A stretch of 64,000 bases of DNA from a virus. Taxonomy: Duplodnaviria > Heunggongvirae > Uroviricota > Caudoviricetes. Both the position numbers and the translations under genes were made by a program. The stretch lies in the IMG/VR virus record IMGVR_UViG_3300048091_000424; one strand, given 5' to 3'. Numbering within the stretch: the first letter of the stretch is position 1; each line of letters begins with the position of its first letter. Below, piece by piece: positions 28,174-36,323 of the stretch. The notes beneath the pieces are model-generated. The model did no database searches, was not told where the DNA came from, and saw only the letters and a program-made list of their open reading frames with translations.

Positions 28174-28662
28174 TTGAACTCGCAATTGCATTTGATCGCT
28201 GCTTTCGGGATCCAGGGTCAGGTCGGATTGAAAAACTCCAGCCCCTGGAACATCCCAGCAGAGCAGCAACACTCGACTGAAACGATTGCAAACGCGACCG
28301 TGATCATGTGCCTCCCGACGTTTCAATCGCTTGGCTATGCGTTGCCGAAGCGTCGAAACATTGTCGTGACGGATGAAATCGGCTTTTTGCCTGGATGCGA
28401 GGTGGTCACCACCATCGAACAGGCGCTCGAGCTGGTCAAGCATGATCGACGTGTTTATGTAATCGGCGGCGTGCCACTGTGGAGCCAAGCACTGGCCCAT
28501 GCCACCCATTTGGTGTTGAGTGAGGTCAACTACAACGGCGAGGCCGACACCCTGCTGCCTGAGCCTTTCTTCACCCGTGTGCGCAGCGAGTTTCGCTTGA
28601 ACCATCTGCGGCATCAGGAAGAGTTCACGGCAACCTACTGGATAAGACATGGTCACCGCTAA
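28174..28662 (+). CDS. folA: dihydrofolate reductase-like protein
   Basis: LIAAFGIQGQVGLKNSSPWNIP..., NIVVT, VYVIGG and EADTLLPE track the DHFR fold consensus (IAA..G..PW, R.NIV.S, IGGG, EGDT.FP). Confidence 0.6.
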   Translation: MNSQLHLIAAFGIQGQVGLKNSSPWNIPAEQQHSTETIANATVIMCLPTFQSLGYALPKRRNIVVTDEIGFLPGCEVVTTIEQALELVKHDRRVYVIGGVPLWSQALAHATHLVLSEVNYNGEADTLLPEPFFTRVRSEFRLNHLRHQEEFTATYWIRHGHR

Positions 28663-29152
28663 CACCGCTGAAGCTCAACCGAATCCCCGCCGCTTGCTCC
28701 ATTTCATCGCCTGCGGCTTCGGCTCCGGGCTGATGCGCCCCGCTCCTGGTACTTGGGGTAGCTTAGCGGCTATCCCCTTTATCCTGGCTCTCCAGGGGCT
28801 CTCTACGCCGGTTTATACATTGATCCTTTTCTTAGCCACTTTGTTTGGCATTTGGGTTTGCCAGCGTGTGTCCGAGGATCTTGGCGTTGACGATCACCCA
28901 GCCATTGTTTGGGATGAATTTGTCGGCATGGGCTTTGCCCTGATCTGCCTGCCAGCAGAACATCAATTCCTGGGCGCAGCCCTGGGCTTTGGTTTGTTCC
29001 GCTTTTTCGACGTCGTGAAGCCAGGCCCGGTGGGCTGGCTGGACAGAAATCTAAGGGGCGGCATGGGCATCATGCTTGATGATGTTCTCGCGGGTATTTT
29101 TGCAGGCGTCTGCCTCCAACTGGCATTCTTTGGTTGGGCCTGGATGATTTAG
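28649..29152 (+). CDS. pgpA: phosphatidylglycerophosphatase A
   Basis: FGSGL..APGTWGSLAA, FRFFDVVKPGP and the C-terminal membrane segment are the PgpA signature. Confidence 0.85.
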   Translation: MVTANTAEAQPNPRRLLHFIACGFGSGLMRPAPGTWGSLAAIPFILALQGLSTPVYTLILFLATLFGIWVCQRVSEDLGVDDHPAIVWDEFVGMGFALICLPAEHQFLGAALGFGLFRFFDVVKPGPVGWLDRNLRGGMGIMLDDVLAGIFAGVCLQLAFFGWAWMI

Positions 29153-29170
29153 TCACCAGCCACTAACTAT

Positions 29171-29713
29171 TTAGTGCAATGATTGTATAATGACTTTCGA
29201 GTATGGAGTTTTTGTAACATGAATAAAGCCAGAGACGGCTGACACTAATTTTATAAAGTTTGGATGTGTTATAGTATCTTTTGGCAATTCATTATAAAGT
29301 TCCATGAGTCTACATGAAACATTAAACGGATCAGGCAACTGCAATGGATCTTTATCCAAAAATGTTACCTTCCCGCTCTCAATAGTATATCGCCGTCCTA
29401 CAACATATGCTTTTCTCTTCTTTGACACAATAGCCGCAGATATCCAATTTACTCCGTCGCCACCATTATCGCTATACGAATTGGATGAATTATTCTCGAC
29501 AACTAAGTAAGCATCAGGATTTAATGTGCTTATTACTGCATTTGCGTAGGTGACATAAAGAGGACTAGGTTTTAATAATAGAGGAGAATAGCCGTCATTA
29601 AATAAAAGATGACAAGACACCGACACCGACCTTCCTTCAAGTAAGTCTTTGGAGACTTTAGAAAGCAAGATAGTGACGATTGGCATATAAAACATAAAGC
29701 CCATCCACTGCAC
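29171..29713 (-). CDS. hypothetical protein in an AT-rich segment
   Basis: 180-aa ORF that is markedly AT-rich compared with the flanking pgpA and DLGL genes. Confidence 0.45.
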   Translation of the reverse strand: MQWMGFMFYMPIVTILLSKVSKDLLEGRSVSVSCHLLFNDGYSPLLLKPSPLYVTYANAVISTLNPDAYLVVENNSSNSYSDNGGDGVNWISAAIVSKKRKAYVVGRRYTIESGKVTFLDKDPLQLPDPFNVSCRLMELYNELPKDTITHPNFIKLVSAVSGFIHVTKTPYSKVIIQSLH

Positions 29714-29840
29714 TCATATCCGCTTGGTTTGACGCCACGATACCCTCTGCAGAAGGTAACATCAAGACGCCACCTTTCCTGGGCGACGCGCCACAAGGGC
29801 CGGGCCAGCCCTAGGTGGCTTTGACCTGATCACAGGATTC

Positions 29841-31406
29841 TCACAAGCCTAGGTCATTGGCGAAAGCGTGGCCGATCACCTTCAATGGAAGGTGGGGCAA
29901 GACCAGAGATTTCTCTAGTCCACCTTTGGACGTTATGGTGTTGAATTGCTGGATTGACTTAATATTGGCGCCAATTTCACTGATAGACAATGCGTTCAGT
30001 TTTACAATCTCAGCCATTATCTCAGGGTCTTTGTCGGTCACCGCATGTTTGATTACATGAAAAATAAGTTCTGATACTTTTCGCTTGGCCTGATCGCTTT
30101 CCGGGAAGGATCCCAGGAGCATTTTTGCATAAGCCATCCCACATCGACCCCTGGAATTCGTATGTGTGATCCCATATTCGAACCGTTCCAACAAGAACTC
30201 CAAGAATTCCTGCTTGGCATCCTCATTCAACAAGTTAACCCAGCGCTTCAATTTTCTTGTCGTTGCCAAGGAATTGGAGTCGCTGCATTCGGCGGAATAA
30301 TCTCTGCACCATAGAATAATACTGTCAACAGTAGAAACTTCTCGCAGAAGGTCAGCGCAGGAAGGATTTGCGGCCAACTTATCGAACCAATCTTCGTCCC
30401 ATTCAAACGCGTGCTCATTGAGCATCATGCGCAAAGGAGTCATTTCGGAACCGTCTCTGATTGCGAGTAACTCAGGTATGGGCGCGGGATTGTAATCCCA
30501 ACTAACCGCTGAGGCTAAAATACAGGACGCCAACTCCAAATGATTATCCGCAATAACCTGTCTGCCAAGATAACTGCCAATGAGTTGCTGTCGGCTGATG
30601 TCGTCGAGCACGTACAACCCGTACCTGAAATTCCGACGTGAAAAATCATCTCCAGTTAGCGTGAAGGCACGTGAAAAGCCGCCATAGGAGAGGTCGTACA
30701 GGGTGGCATCGGTGAAACGTTTGATGGAGGCGCCCACCATCTCTTGATCGAGCACGCCGGCGAGTACCATCAGCATGGGTATGCGACACAGACTGCCCTC
30801 GCCGGTTTCCAGGTTCTTGTAGGCCTTGGTTACCTTGAATTGGCTGCTAAACGGTTTGGAGTATTTTGAGCCTGGTCGTTCGCAGCGTTTGATGCCACGA
30901 ACCCATTCTTGAACCCAGGTGTCTAGATGCAACTCGTCCTGCAAAATGATCGGGACAATCCGTCCGGCCAGTAGCATCTGCCCATCCATAGTGCTGCTGT
31001 TACGACCAGGCATCGCGTCGCACTGCTTTAAGATGTTGACCTGTTCAAGCGGGGTGTATCGGTTGTTCAGTGCCTTGACGGTGTGCGGCAGCCAGATGAA
31101 GTAGCTGGTCATTTCCATGTGATGGATCAGATGGCTTAACAGCGCAATGCTGTCAGAAGAATTATCTGAGGTAAGGAAGATCCTCTTCCATTCGATCCGC
31201 TGATCCGCAATCAGCTCCGCGACCTCTTCATCACTGAACCATGGCCAGTAAAATTCAGTGTGCGCCTGGCTGGTGCTAATCAGCTCATCGATGGCCTTAC
31301 GCTTTACGAAGATTTCTTCGCCAGCGAGATCTTGCTCTTCGATATGCATCAGCAGTGGCGTAATGAACCGCTCTCGCACGTCAGCGGGCTTCATGATGGT
31401 TGTCAT
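29841..31406 (-). CDS. DLGL-tail family protein (521 aa)
   Basis: Ends ...KVIGHAFANDLGL*. It is the second gene of a two-gene operon; its start overlaps the stop of 31403..32485. Confidence 0.75.
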   Translation of the reverse strand: MTTIMKPADVRERFITPLLMHIEEQDLAGEEIFVKRKAIDELISTSQAHTEFYWPWFSDEEVAELIADQRIEWKRIFLTSDNSSDSIALLSHLIHHMEMTSYFIWLPHTVKALNNRYTPLEQVNILKQCDAMPGRNSSTMDGQMLLAGRIVPIILQDELHLDTWVQEWVRGIKRCERPGSKYSKPFSSQFKVTKAYKNLETGEGSLCRIPMLMVLAGVLDQEMVGASIKRFTDATLYDLSYGGFSRAFTLTGDDFSRRNFRYGLYVLDDISRQQLIGSYLGRQVIADNHLELASCILASAVSWDYNPAPIPELLAIRDGSEMTPLRMMLNEHAFEWDEDWFDKLAANPSCADLLREVSTVDSIILWCRDYSAECSDSNSLATTRKLKRWVNLLNEDAKQEFLEFLLERFEYGITHTNSRGRCGMAYAKMLLGSFPESDQAKRKVSELIFHVIKHAVTDKDPEIMAEIVKLNALSISEIGANIKSIQQFNTITSKGGLEKSLVLPHLPLKVIGHAFANDLGL

Positions 31407-32485
31407 AGCCCGAGGTCAGCCGAGAAGGCGCCGCCAAGCGCTTCTACGCTGAAATCTCGTTTATCCAGGCGATCCAAGTCAATACCCGGAATGGCGTTCA
31501 GCAGATCGAAGTCCTGAAGGGTCTTGAGTCCTGTTGCCAAAGCCTTCGCGTCCATCTGATTGAAGTACTTCGCATAACTCACGCCCGCCAGATGTGCGCG
31601 CCCTACTCCCAAGGCCAGGCCCACACTGTCACCCAAAGCCAGATCAGCTCGTATGCCTTTCATGAGTTCTGACTTGAATGCGTTCATGCGATCATCAGTA
31701 TCCAGCAGCAACTGCAACAGGTGCTCGGCATGATCACTGTCGAATGCACCCTCCAAGCGCTCTTTGAGAAAACCGGCCAGGCGGTTGATGAACGAAGGCC
31801 CTGGGTTATCGTCTGTTGAGGACGTCGCCAACTGTAGGTCAAGGAATAACGCTTTGCTGTTCTCGTCGTACTCCCGTCCCATCAGGCTGCCCAACAGGGC
31901 GTCATCCAGGAAGGTCATAAAGGGCGGCGCAGTCTGCTCATGCGCGGTCACACGCCGCAACTCACCAACGAGTCGATAAGCATTACAGTCAAGACTGGTG
32001 GCCGCCTGGCCGAGCTCACTCAAACCATTCTTTACCAGCAGGTTAGGAGCAGCGCGGCCAAGGCCTTCCATGAGCGACTTTGCGATGCTCGAAAGTGCTG
32101 CAGGGCTTACCGGGTCGGTCGATGAAGCAACAGAACGCAGCAGTGAACGCGCAGAGAAGCCGGCAGACTTGGTCAGGCCTTTGTCCATATCCGCAAGGCC
32201 CAGCGATGAGCCCACCACAGGAGTCAGAGGCTTGACGAGATCCGCGTTCAGGCTTGCTGCAGCGACATCCAGTTGATGGTAATCACAGGACACTTTGAAG
32301 AGGATCGGTACAGTGATATCGAAGTGGCCGGTGAGCGCGGCCAACTCCGTCTGAACCAAAGAAGTGGGCAGACCTGTCGTCAGGCCACCCCCTTCGGATA
32401 AAAACGAAAATACTGCCTGGTTCAGCGCGTTCAGTGAGTCTTCAGGAAGCGCCTCGTTTACTGGATTTGACATTGGATTTGCCAC
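31403..32485 (-). CDS. DLGL-tail family protein (360 aa)
   Basis: Ends ...EALGGAFSADLGL*. Confidence 0.75.
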   Translation of the reverse strand: MANPMSNPVNEALPEDSLNALNQAVFSFLSEGGGLTTGLPTSLVQTELAALTGHFDITVPILFKVSCDYHQLDVAAASLNADLVKPLTPVVGSSLGLADMDKGLTKSAGFSARSLLRSVASSTDPVSPAALSSIAKSLMEGLGRAAPNLLVKNGLSELGQAATSLDCNAYRLVGELRRVTAHEQTAPPFMTFLDDALLGSLMGREYDENSKALFLDLQLATSSTDDNPGPSFINRLAGFLKERLEGAFDSDHAEHLLQLLLDTDDRMNAFKSELMKGIRADLALGDSVGLALGVGRAHLAGVSYAKYFNQMDAKALATGLKTLQDFDLLNAIPGIDLDRLDKRDFSVEALGGAFSADLGL

Positions 32486-33005
32486 TCTTCGTCGTCATCC
32501 CGGCCTTAGCTGCGCTCAAGCCAGCTGGGGTCACTCGGGCGGGCTGCGCCTGGTGTTCGGGGTGCTTAGACAGCCAATTACTAATCACCAGCTTAACATA
32601 GGGCTGGAAGGCCACGTAAACAGGCCGATTGAAAATCCCCCAGCTAAGCACTGTAAAGCGCCGGTGCTTATCAAGGTCAATGTCGCACCCACATTCATCG
32701 CGCAGGCGACCTATCCAGGTTTGGGCGCTGAGCTTGCTGACACCCATCATCTGGCCAAGCAACTCGCCCGTGACGATGTTTTGTAGCCCCTCGATGAGCA
32801 TCAGGAACAGGCACATGTCCATGCTGCTGAAGCGCGAGGCTCGAGGCAGTCCGTATTCGTTTAGGTAGCTATTGCCATCACCATCTACAAAAAGGAGGGC
32901 TTTCTTGACTTTGAAGGCAATCGCCTGATTCTCAACGCCGGTATAGGAGCGAATCAGCTCATCCATCTCGGCGGATTGTAGGAAAGCTATCGGGTCGATT
33001 GTCAT
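32442..33005 (-). CDS. hypothetical protein upstream of the DLGL operon (possible HTH near residues 80-105)
   Basis: 187-aa ORF. ELLGQMMGVSKLSAQTWIGRL is HTH-like. Its end overlaps the start of the 31403..32485 gene. Confidence 0.45.
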   Translation of the reverse strand: MTIDPIAFLQSAEMDELIRSYTGVENQAIAFKVKKALLFVDGDGNSYLNEYGLPRASRFSSMDMCLFLMLIEGLQNIVTGELLGQMMGVSKLSAQTWIGRLRDECGCDIDLDKHRRFTVLSWGIFNRPVYVAFQPYVKLVISNWLSKHPEHQAQPARVTPAGLSAAKAGMTTKSGKSNVKSSKRGAS

Positions 33006-33125
33006 GGTGACTTTTCCTAAGGTTTGATTTTGAGTCCGAGCCTTTTCTGTCTGGGGTCTCGCTTTCTGTCAGTATAGCCATACTATACTCGAAAATCCAG
33101 CCACCAACAAAACAATGACATTCTA

Positions 33126-33154
33126 TTGACACCTTTTTTGGTGGCCAGTAGACT
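33126..33154 (+). promoter_or_regulatory. sigma70-like promoter for the tRNA-Asn/Leu/Leu operon
   Basis: TTGACA, a 17-nt spacer, then TAGACT, about 18 nt upstream of the tRNA 5' end. Confidence 0.4.
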
Positions 33155-33171
33155 TGATCTTGCAAGGCCAT

Positions 33172-33247
33172 TCCGTGATAGCTCAGTCGGTAGAGCATCG
33201 GACTGTTAATCCGAGTGTCCCTGGTTCGAGTCCAGGTCACGGAGCCA
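33172..33247 (+). tRNA. tRNA-Asn (GTT)
   Basis: Acceptor stem TCCGTGA/TCACGGA. Anticodon loop CTGTTAA. T-loop GGTTCGAGTCC. CCA encoded. Confidence 0.9.
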
Positions 33248-33259
33248 GCCTTACGCACT

Positions 33260-33346
33260 GCCCGAATGGCGAAACTGGTAGACGCATGGGACTTAAAATC
33301 CTCTGCTCGAAAGGGCGTCCCGGTTCGACTCCGGGTTCGGGCACCA
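33260..33346 (+). tRNA. tRNA-Leu (TAA), class II
   Basis: Acceptor GCCCGAA/TTCGGGC. Loop CTTAAAA. Long variable arm. Near-identical scaffold to E. coli Leu(UAA). Confidence 0.8.
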
Positions 33347-33356
33347 AGAATTCAAA

Positions 33357-33440
33357 GCCGAAGTGGTGGAATTGGTAGACGCGGCTGATTCAAAATCAGT
33401 TGCCTACGGCGTGCGGGTTCGAGTCCCGCCTTCGGCACCA
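33357..33440 (+). tRNA. tRNA-Leu (CAA), class II
   Basis: Acceptor GCCGAAG/CTTCGGC. Anticodon arm CTGA-TTCAAAA-TCAG. Confidence 0.9.
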
Positions 33441-33447
33441 AACAAGA

Positions 33448-33476
33448 AAGGCCCAGCATATGTCTGGGCCTTTTTC
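33448..33476 (+). terminator. rho-independent terminator after the tRNA operon
   Basis: aaggcccag-catatgt-ctgggcctt, then ttttt. Confidence 0.75.
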
Positions 33477-33741
33477 ATTTTACTGCGCCCTGGATGTCGT
33501 CATCATGAAACGCCTGTTTAGTCTGTTGTCCGAGCTTACGCGCCCTGCCCCACAACCAAACCTGGAAGGTCGCATCGAACCTACCGTGCCACGGCACATA
33601 GCAGCCTCACCCTTCGAAATGGCCTCAGATGAGCTGGCCAGAGATGGCGCCCGTCGCTTCAGCAATATCGATCAATTACGCGACAGAGTGAAGGGAACGC
33701 TTAGTCCCAATAATTAATTTCAAATATTTTTAAAATTGCTG

Positions 33742-33771
33742 TTGACAGTGTTTCAGGATTAGTTCTATCTT
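33742..33771 (+). promoter_or_regulatory. sigma70-like promoter upstream of sORF1, with an AT-rich UP-like tract
   Basis: TTGACA, a 17-18-nt spacer, then TATCTT. Confidence 0.4.
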
Positions 33772-33803
33772 AGCTACATCACTAGTTCAACCGAGTTTTT
33801 GAC

Positions 33804-33896
33804 ATGACCACTTTCACTCAACGCGATGATGCACGGCAGCAGGACGAACGTCCTGATATCTGCTCGCGTGATGAACGCTCTGTCAAAACTTTCTAG
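33804..33896 (+). CDS. sORF1: 30-aa highly charged peptide (MTTFTQRDDARQQDERPDICSRDERSVKTF)
   Basis: Not in the ORF track. Paralogous to sORF2, sharing the M(T/A)T(F/Y)T start, the gacgaacgtc (DER) core and a single Cys. A strong terminator follows. Confidence 0.35.
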   Translation: MTTFTQRDDARQQDERPDICSRDERSVKTF

Positions 33897-33937
33897 CATC
33901 TCAGATTTGAGGGCTAGACGCCCTCTTCTGCTAAAAC

Positions 33938-33970
33938 AGCCGGGGGCCCAAACCTCCGGCTTTTTGTTTT
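33938..33970 (+). terminator. rho-independent terminator after sORF1
   Basis: 8-bp GC-rich stem gccggggg/cctccggc, followed by tttttgtttt. Confidence 0.75.
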
Positions 33971-33983
33971 AAGGATTTCTATC

Positions 33984-34061
33984 ATGGCTACTTACACTAA
34001 CTTCGCTGACCGGACTGATCGTGACGAACGTCGCGATGAGCGCGAGTGCCTGACTGTCTAG
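33984..34061 (+). CDS. sORF2: 25-aa highly charged peptide (MATYTNFADRTDRDERRDERECLTV)
   Basis: SD AAGGA lies 8 nt upstream. Paralog of sORF1. Followed by a strong terminator. Confidence 0.4.
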   Translation: MATYTNFADRTDRDERRDERECLTV

Positions 34062-34097
34062 TGCCGTGATACGGGGCTAGAAGCCCCCAGACCGACG

Positions 34098-34128
34098 AAC
34101 CGGGGGCCATGGCTCCCGGTTTTTTTTG
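34098..34128 (+). terminator. rho-independent terminator after sORF2
   Basis: aaccggggg-ccatgg-ctcccggtt, followed by tttttttt. Confidence 0.75.
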
Positions 34129-34139
34129 AGTGTTATTTT

Positions 34140-34215
34140 GTCCCTCTCGTCTAATGGCTCAGGATATCTGGTTCTCAACCAGGTGATTGGGGTTCGAGTC
34201 CCCAGAGGGAAACCA
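34140..34215 (+). tRNA. tRNA-Glu-like (anticodon CTC) with a G1.A72 mismatch
   Basis: The scaffold GTCCCTCTCGTCTAATGGCTCAGGA...GGGGTTCGAGTCCCC is Glu-like. Anticodon loop TTCTCAA. 3' acceptor strand GAGGGAA pairs with 5' GTCCCTC except at 1:72. Confidence 0.5.
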
Positions 34216-34292
34216 ATTAGTGGTCATTGCCAGGTTAGAGGCGATGCCAGCAAGGAATAAAGCGCTCATTAAGGTGAGTGTCAAGTTTACAA

Positions 34293-34368
34293 GGCCCGTT
34301 AGCCAAGTTGGAAAGGTACGTGACTGTCTATCACGCATGCAGGGGTTCGAGCCCCCTACGGGTCGCCA
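34293..34368 (+). tRNA. atypical tRNA, anticodon GTC (Asp-like), class-II-like D-arm, copy 1
   Basis: Acceptor GGCCCGT/ACGGGTC. Anticodon arm CGTGA-CTGTCTA-TCACG (U at position 37). T-arm AGGGG-TTCGAGC-CCCCT. Confidence 0.5.
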
Positions 34369-34413
34369 CTTAGTTACACTTTTCGAAACTGAAAAGTGTG
34401 TTTTAAAAGTTAC

Positions 34414-34489
34414 GCTCCATTCGTCTAGCGGCCTAGGACGGAGGGTCTTCGCCCCTCTAACACCGGTTCGAATCCGGTATGGAGAACCA
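34414..34489 (+). tRNA. tRNA-Glu (TTC), copy 1 (G1.A72 mismatch)
   Basis: GCTCCATTCGTCTAGCGGCCTAGGACGGAGGG-TCTTCGC-CCCTC... Compensatory C2:G71 relative to copy 2, but 1:72 is G.A. Confidence 0.6.
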
Positions 34490-34529
34490 GTTATAGCTAC
34501 ACGTTTTATAAAGGTTTATAAGTTACAAA

Positions 34530-34604
34530 GGCCCGTTAGCCAAGTTGGAAAGGCATATGACTGTCTATCATACATCAGGGGTTCGAGCCCCCTACGGGTC
34601 GCCA
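34530..34604 (+). tRNA. atypical tRNA, anticodon GTC (Asp-like), copy 2
   Basis: Same as copy 1, with compensatory anticodon-stem changes (TATGA/TCATA versus CGTGA/TCACG). This argues the structure is under selection. Confidence 0.5.
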
Positions 34605-34652
34605 TTTAAGTTGCACTCTGATGCATTTCAAAGTGTTGGTTTTAATAGTTTT

Positions 34653-34728
34653 GTTCCATTCGTCTAGTGGCCTAGGACAGAGGGTCTTCACCCCTCAAAC
34701 GCCGGTTCGAGTCCGGTATGGAACTCCA
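34653..34728 (+). tRNA. tRNA-Glu (TTC), copy 2 (canonical)
   Basis: Acceptor GTTCCAT/ATGGAAC. Loop TCTTCAC. Perfect cloverleaf. Confidence 0.85.
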
Positions 34729-34812
34729 ATTTTGTTCGTTGTGTGGAGTAATTTCTGTGTCGGCAATCGAAACATAGACACAATTAAAGCTGTCACTTTG
34801 GACACAAAACAC

Positions 34813-34890
34813 GGTTTGTTAGCTCAGCTGGATATGAGCGCCGGCTTGTCACGCCGGAGGTCGCGGGTTCGAGCCCCGTACAAACCGCCA
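34813..34890 (+). tRNA. tRNA-Asp (GTC), canonical
   Basis: Acceptor GGTTTGT/ACAAACC. Anticodon arm CCGGC-TTGTCAC-GCCGG. Confidence 0.85.
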
Positions 34891-34896
34891 CTTACC

Positions 34897-34973
34897 GCTT
34901 CTGTAGCTCAACTGGATAGAGCAGCGCCCTACGAAGGCGAAGGTTAGAGGTTCGAGCCCTCTCAGAAGCACCA
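34897..34973 (+). tRNA. tRNA-Arg (ACG)
   Basis: Acceptor GCTTCTG/CAGAAGC. Loop CTACGAA. Scaffold like E. coli Arg(ACG). Confidence 0.85.
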
Positions 34974-35004
34974 TTTCAAACGCCTGGCTCACCCCAGACG
35001 ATCT

Positions 35005-35083
35005 ACCCCAGTCGCCAAACTGGATTAAGGCACCGGTCTTCGAAACCGGTCATGTGCAAGTTCGAATCTTGCCTGGGGTACCA
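35005..35083 (+). tRNA. tRNA-like, anticodon TCG (Arg-like), atypical D-arm
   Basis: Acceptor ACCCCAG/CTGGGGT. Anticodon arm CCGGT-CTTCGAA-ACCGG. T-arm GCAAG-TTCGAAT-CTTGC. The 7-nt 5' acceptor string is duplicated 7 nt upstream. Confidence 0.5.
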
Positions 35084-35178
35084 CCTTCTCGTCGCCTGTC
35101 CAGAAGCCACAATTGATTCCTTCGGTCAGCGTTGAAAATTAACTGGACAGGTGACTGCCAACTGGGTTTTTGGCAGCA

Positions 35179-35760
35179 TCAATGCTCCCACCACTTCGAC
35201 TTCGGTATGGCCGGATTCATCAGTCGGATTCGGTTTACCATCCCACCCGTCACATGCGAGTCCAGGAAGGTTAGAGGGTATTCCTTTCCCTTCAGCCACA
35301 GGGTTAGATTATACGTTGGGTTCCGGTAACCACTCCTCCCCGTCTGAGCTGTCTCGATCAACTCTGCGGGAACAATGGCGATACGAGCCGAAAAACGCTC
35401 GTAATACACGACAGCTCCGAGATCAAAGCACAAAAGAAGGTTTTTATCCCTGCCACGCCGTTCGGGGTCGCCGCTTAGCAGGTCACCCAGCACGAAATCA
35501 GCTCTTTTGCTGTGCAAATAAAGCCATTCGCTGACGGCGTAGATCCCCACCAGAATAATGGCCAGGGATAGCTCTGAAGCCACGGCGGTCAGCAGCCCGA
35601 CGACGCCCACCGCCCAGCGCCAGCGAAGTGTTACGAGACGCATCTGCTGCTTAAAATCAGCAAAGTACGCATCCGGAAGATCGTAGGTCACCACGCTCCT
35701 CGCGCCGGCGCCCTGATCCAAGGCTTTCGCCAACACACTGCTCAGCGATGTATCTGACAT
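35179..35760 (-). CDS. hypothetical membrane protein
   Basis: 193-aa ORF. Two hydrophobic helices. Confidence 0.5.
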   Translation of the reverse strand: MSDTSLSSVLAKALDQGAGARSVVTYDLPDAYFADFKQQMRLVTLRWRWAVGVVGLLTAVASELSLAIILVGIYAVSEWLYLHSKRADFVLGDLLSGDPERRGRDKNLLLCFDLGAVVYYERFSARIAIVPAELIETAQTGRSGYRNPTYNLTLWLKGKEYPLTFLDSHVTGGMVNRIRLMNPAIPKSKWWEH

Positions 35761-35819
35761 ATCGATCCCCCAAGTGCGTCTTCCTACTGAGGCCTGCGAA
35801 TGCTGCCGTCAGGGCGAAC

Positions 35820-36272
35820 CTATTTGGATGTTGCGGAAGTTAGCAGCCCTATCGCTTGAAGCTCCGCCTTGACTGCAGCCTGGAAAGCATCCGTCTTGAC
35901 GGTGCTCAGGTTAAGAATTTTCTCCGCGCAAGCTTCGTCGCTGAGTTCTTGGTACACAATCACTTTGGCAGCCACAAAACTCTTTGCCGCCACCACCACA
36001 CGCTCAGGATTGGTCGGATCGAAACCTTTCACCGCCATAGCCAGCAAGTACATGCCCAGCGTAAACACAAGGGCAATGGGCGCCATCATGCAGATCACAA
36101 GCGTAACAAGCGCCTCTGGCTTTGCGCCATTCAGCAATGCCTGGAGGGTCACTGCCTCAAAAGCCCTGTGTCCAAAAAAGAAACAAACCGTGGAGAACAA
36201 CACCAATAGCACGCCATAAACCAAATTCCCGAATGCTGCATTTTTTTGCACGTCAGCTTTGCTCATCATCAT
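35820..36272 (-). CDS. hypothetical polytopic membrane protein
   Basis: Start MMMSKADV, with GAGG SD. The track ORF extends to 36323. Confidence 0.55.
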   Translation of the reverse strand: MMMSKADVQKNAAFGNLVYGVLLVLFSTVCFFFGHRAFEAVTLQALLNGAKPEALVTLVICMMAPIALVFTLGMYLLAMAVKGFDPTNPERVVVAAKSFVAAKVIVYQELSDEACAEKILNLSTVKTDAFQAAVKAELQAIGLLTSATSK

Positions 36273-36323
36273 TGCCTCAAAAGGTCGTGCGGAGAACGGG
36301 GGCCGACGCCGGCCCCCATGCAA

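Noticed and set aside
33400-33717. 105-aa ORF overlapping the tRNA-Leu(CAA) gene and its terminator
   Set aside because: It starts inside a tRNA gene. The real features here are the tRNA and its terminator hairpin.
34991-35011. Direct duplication of ACCCCAG at the 5' end of the last tRNA, considered as an att-site scar
   Set aside because: Seven base pairs is too short to assert an integration site without an integrase or a matching distal repeat. It is kept only as a note under the tRNA finding.
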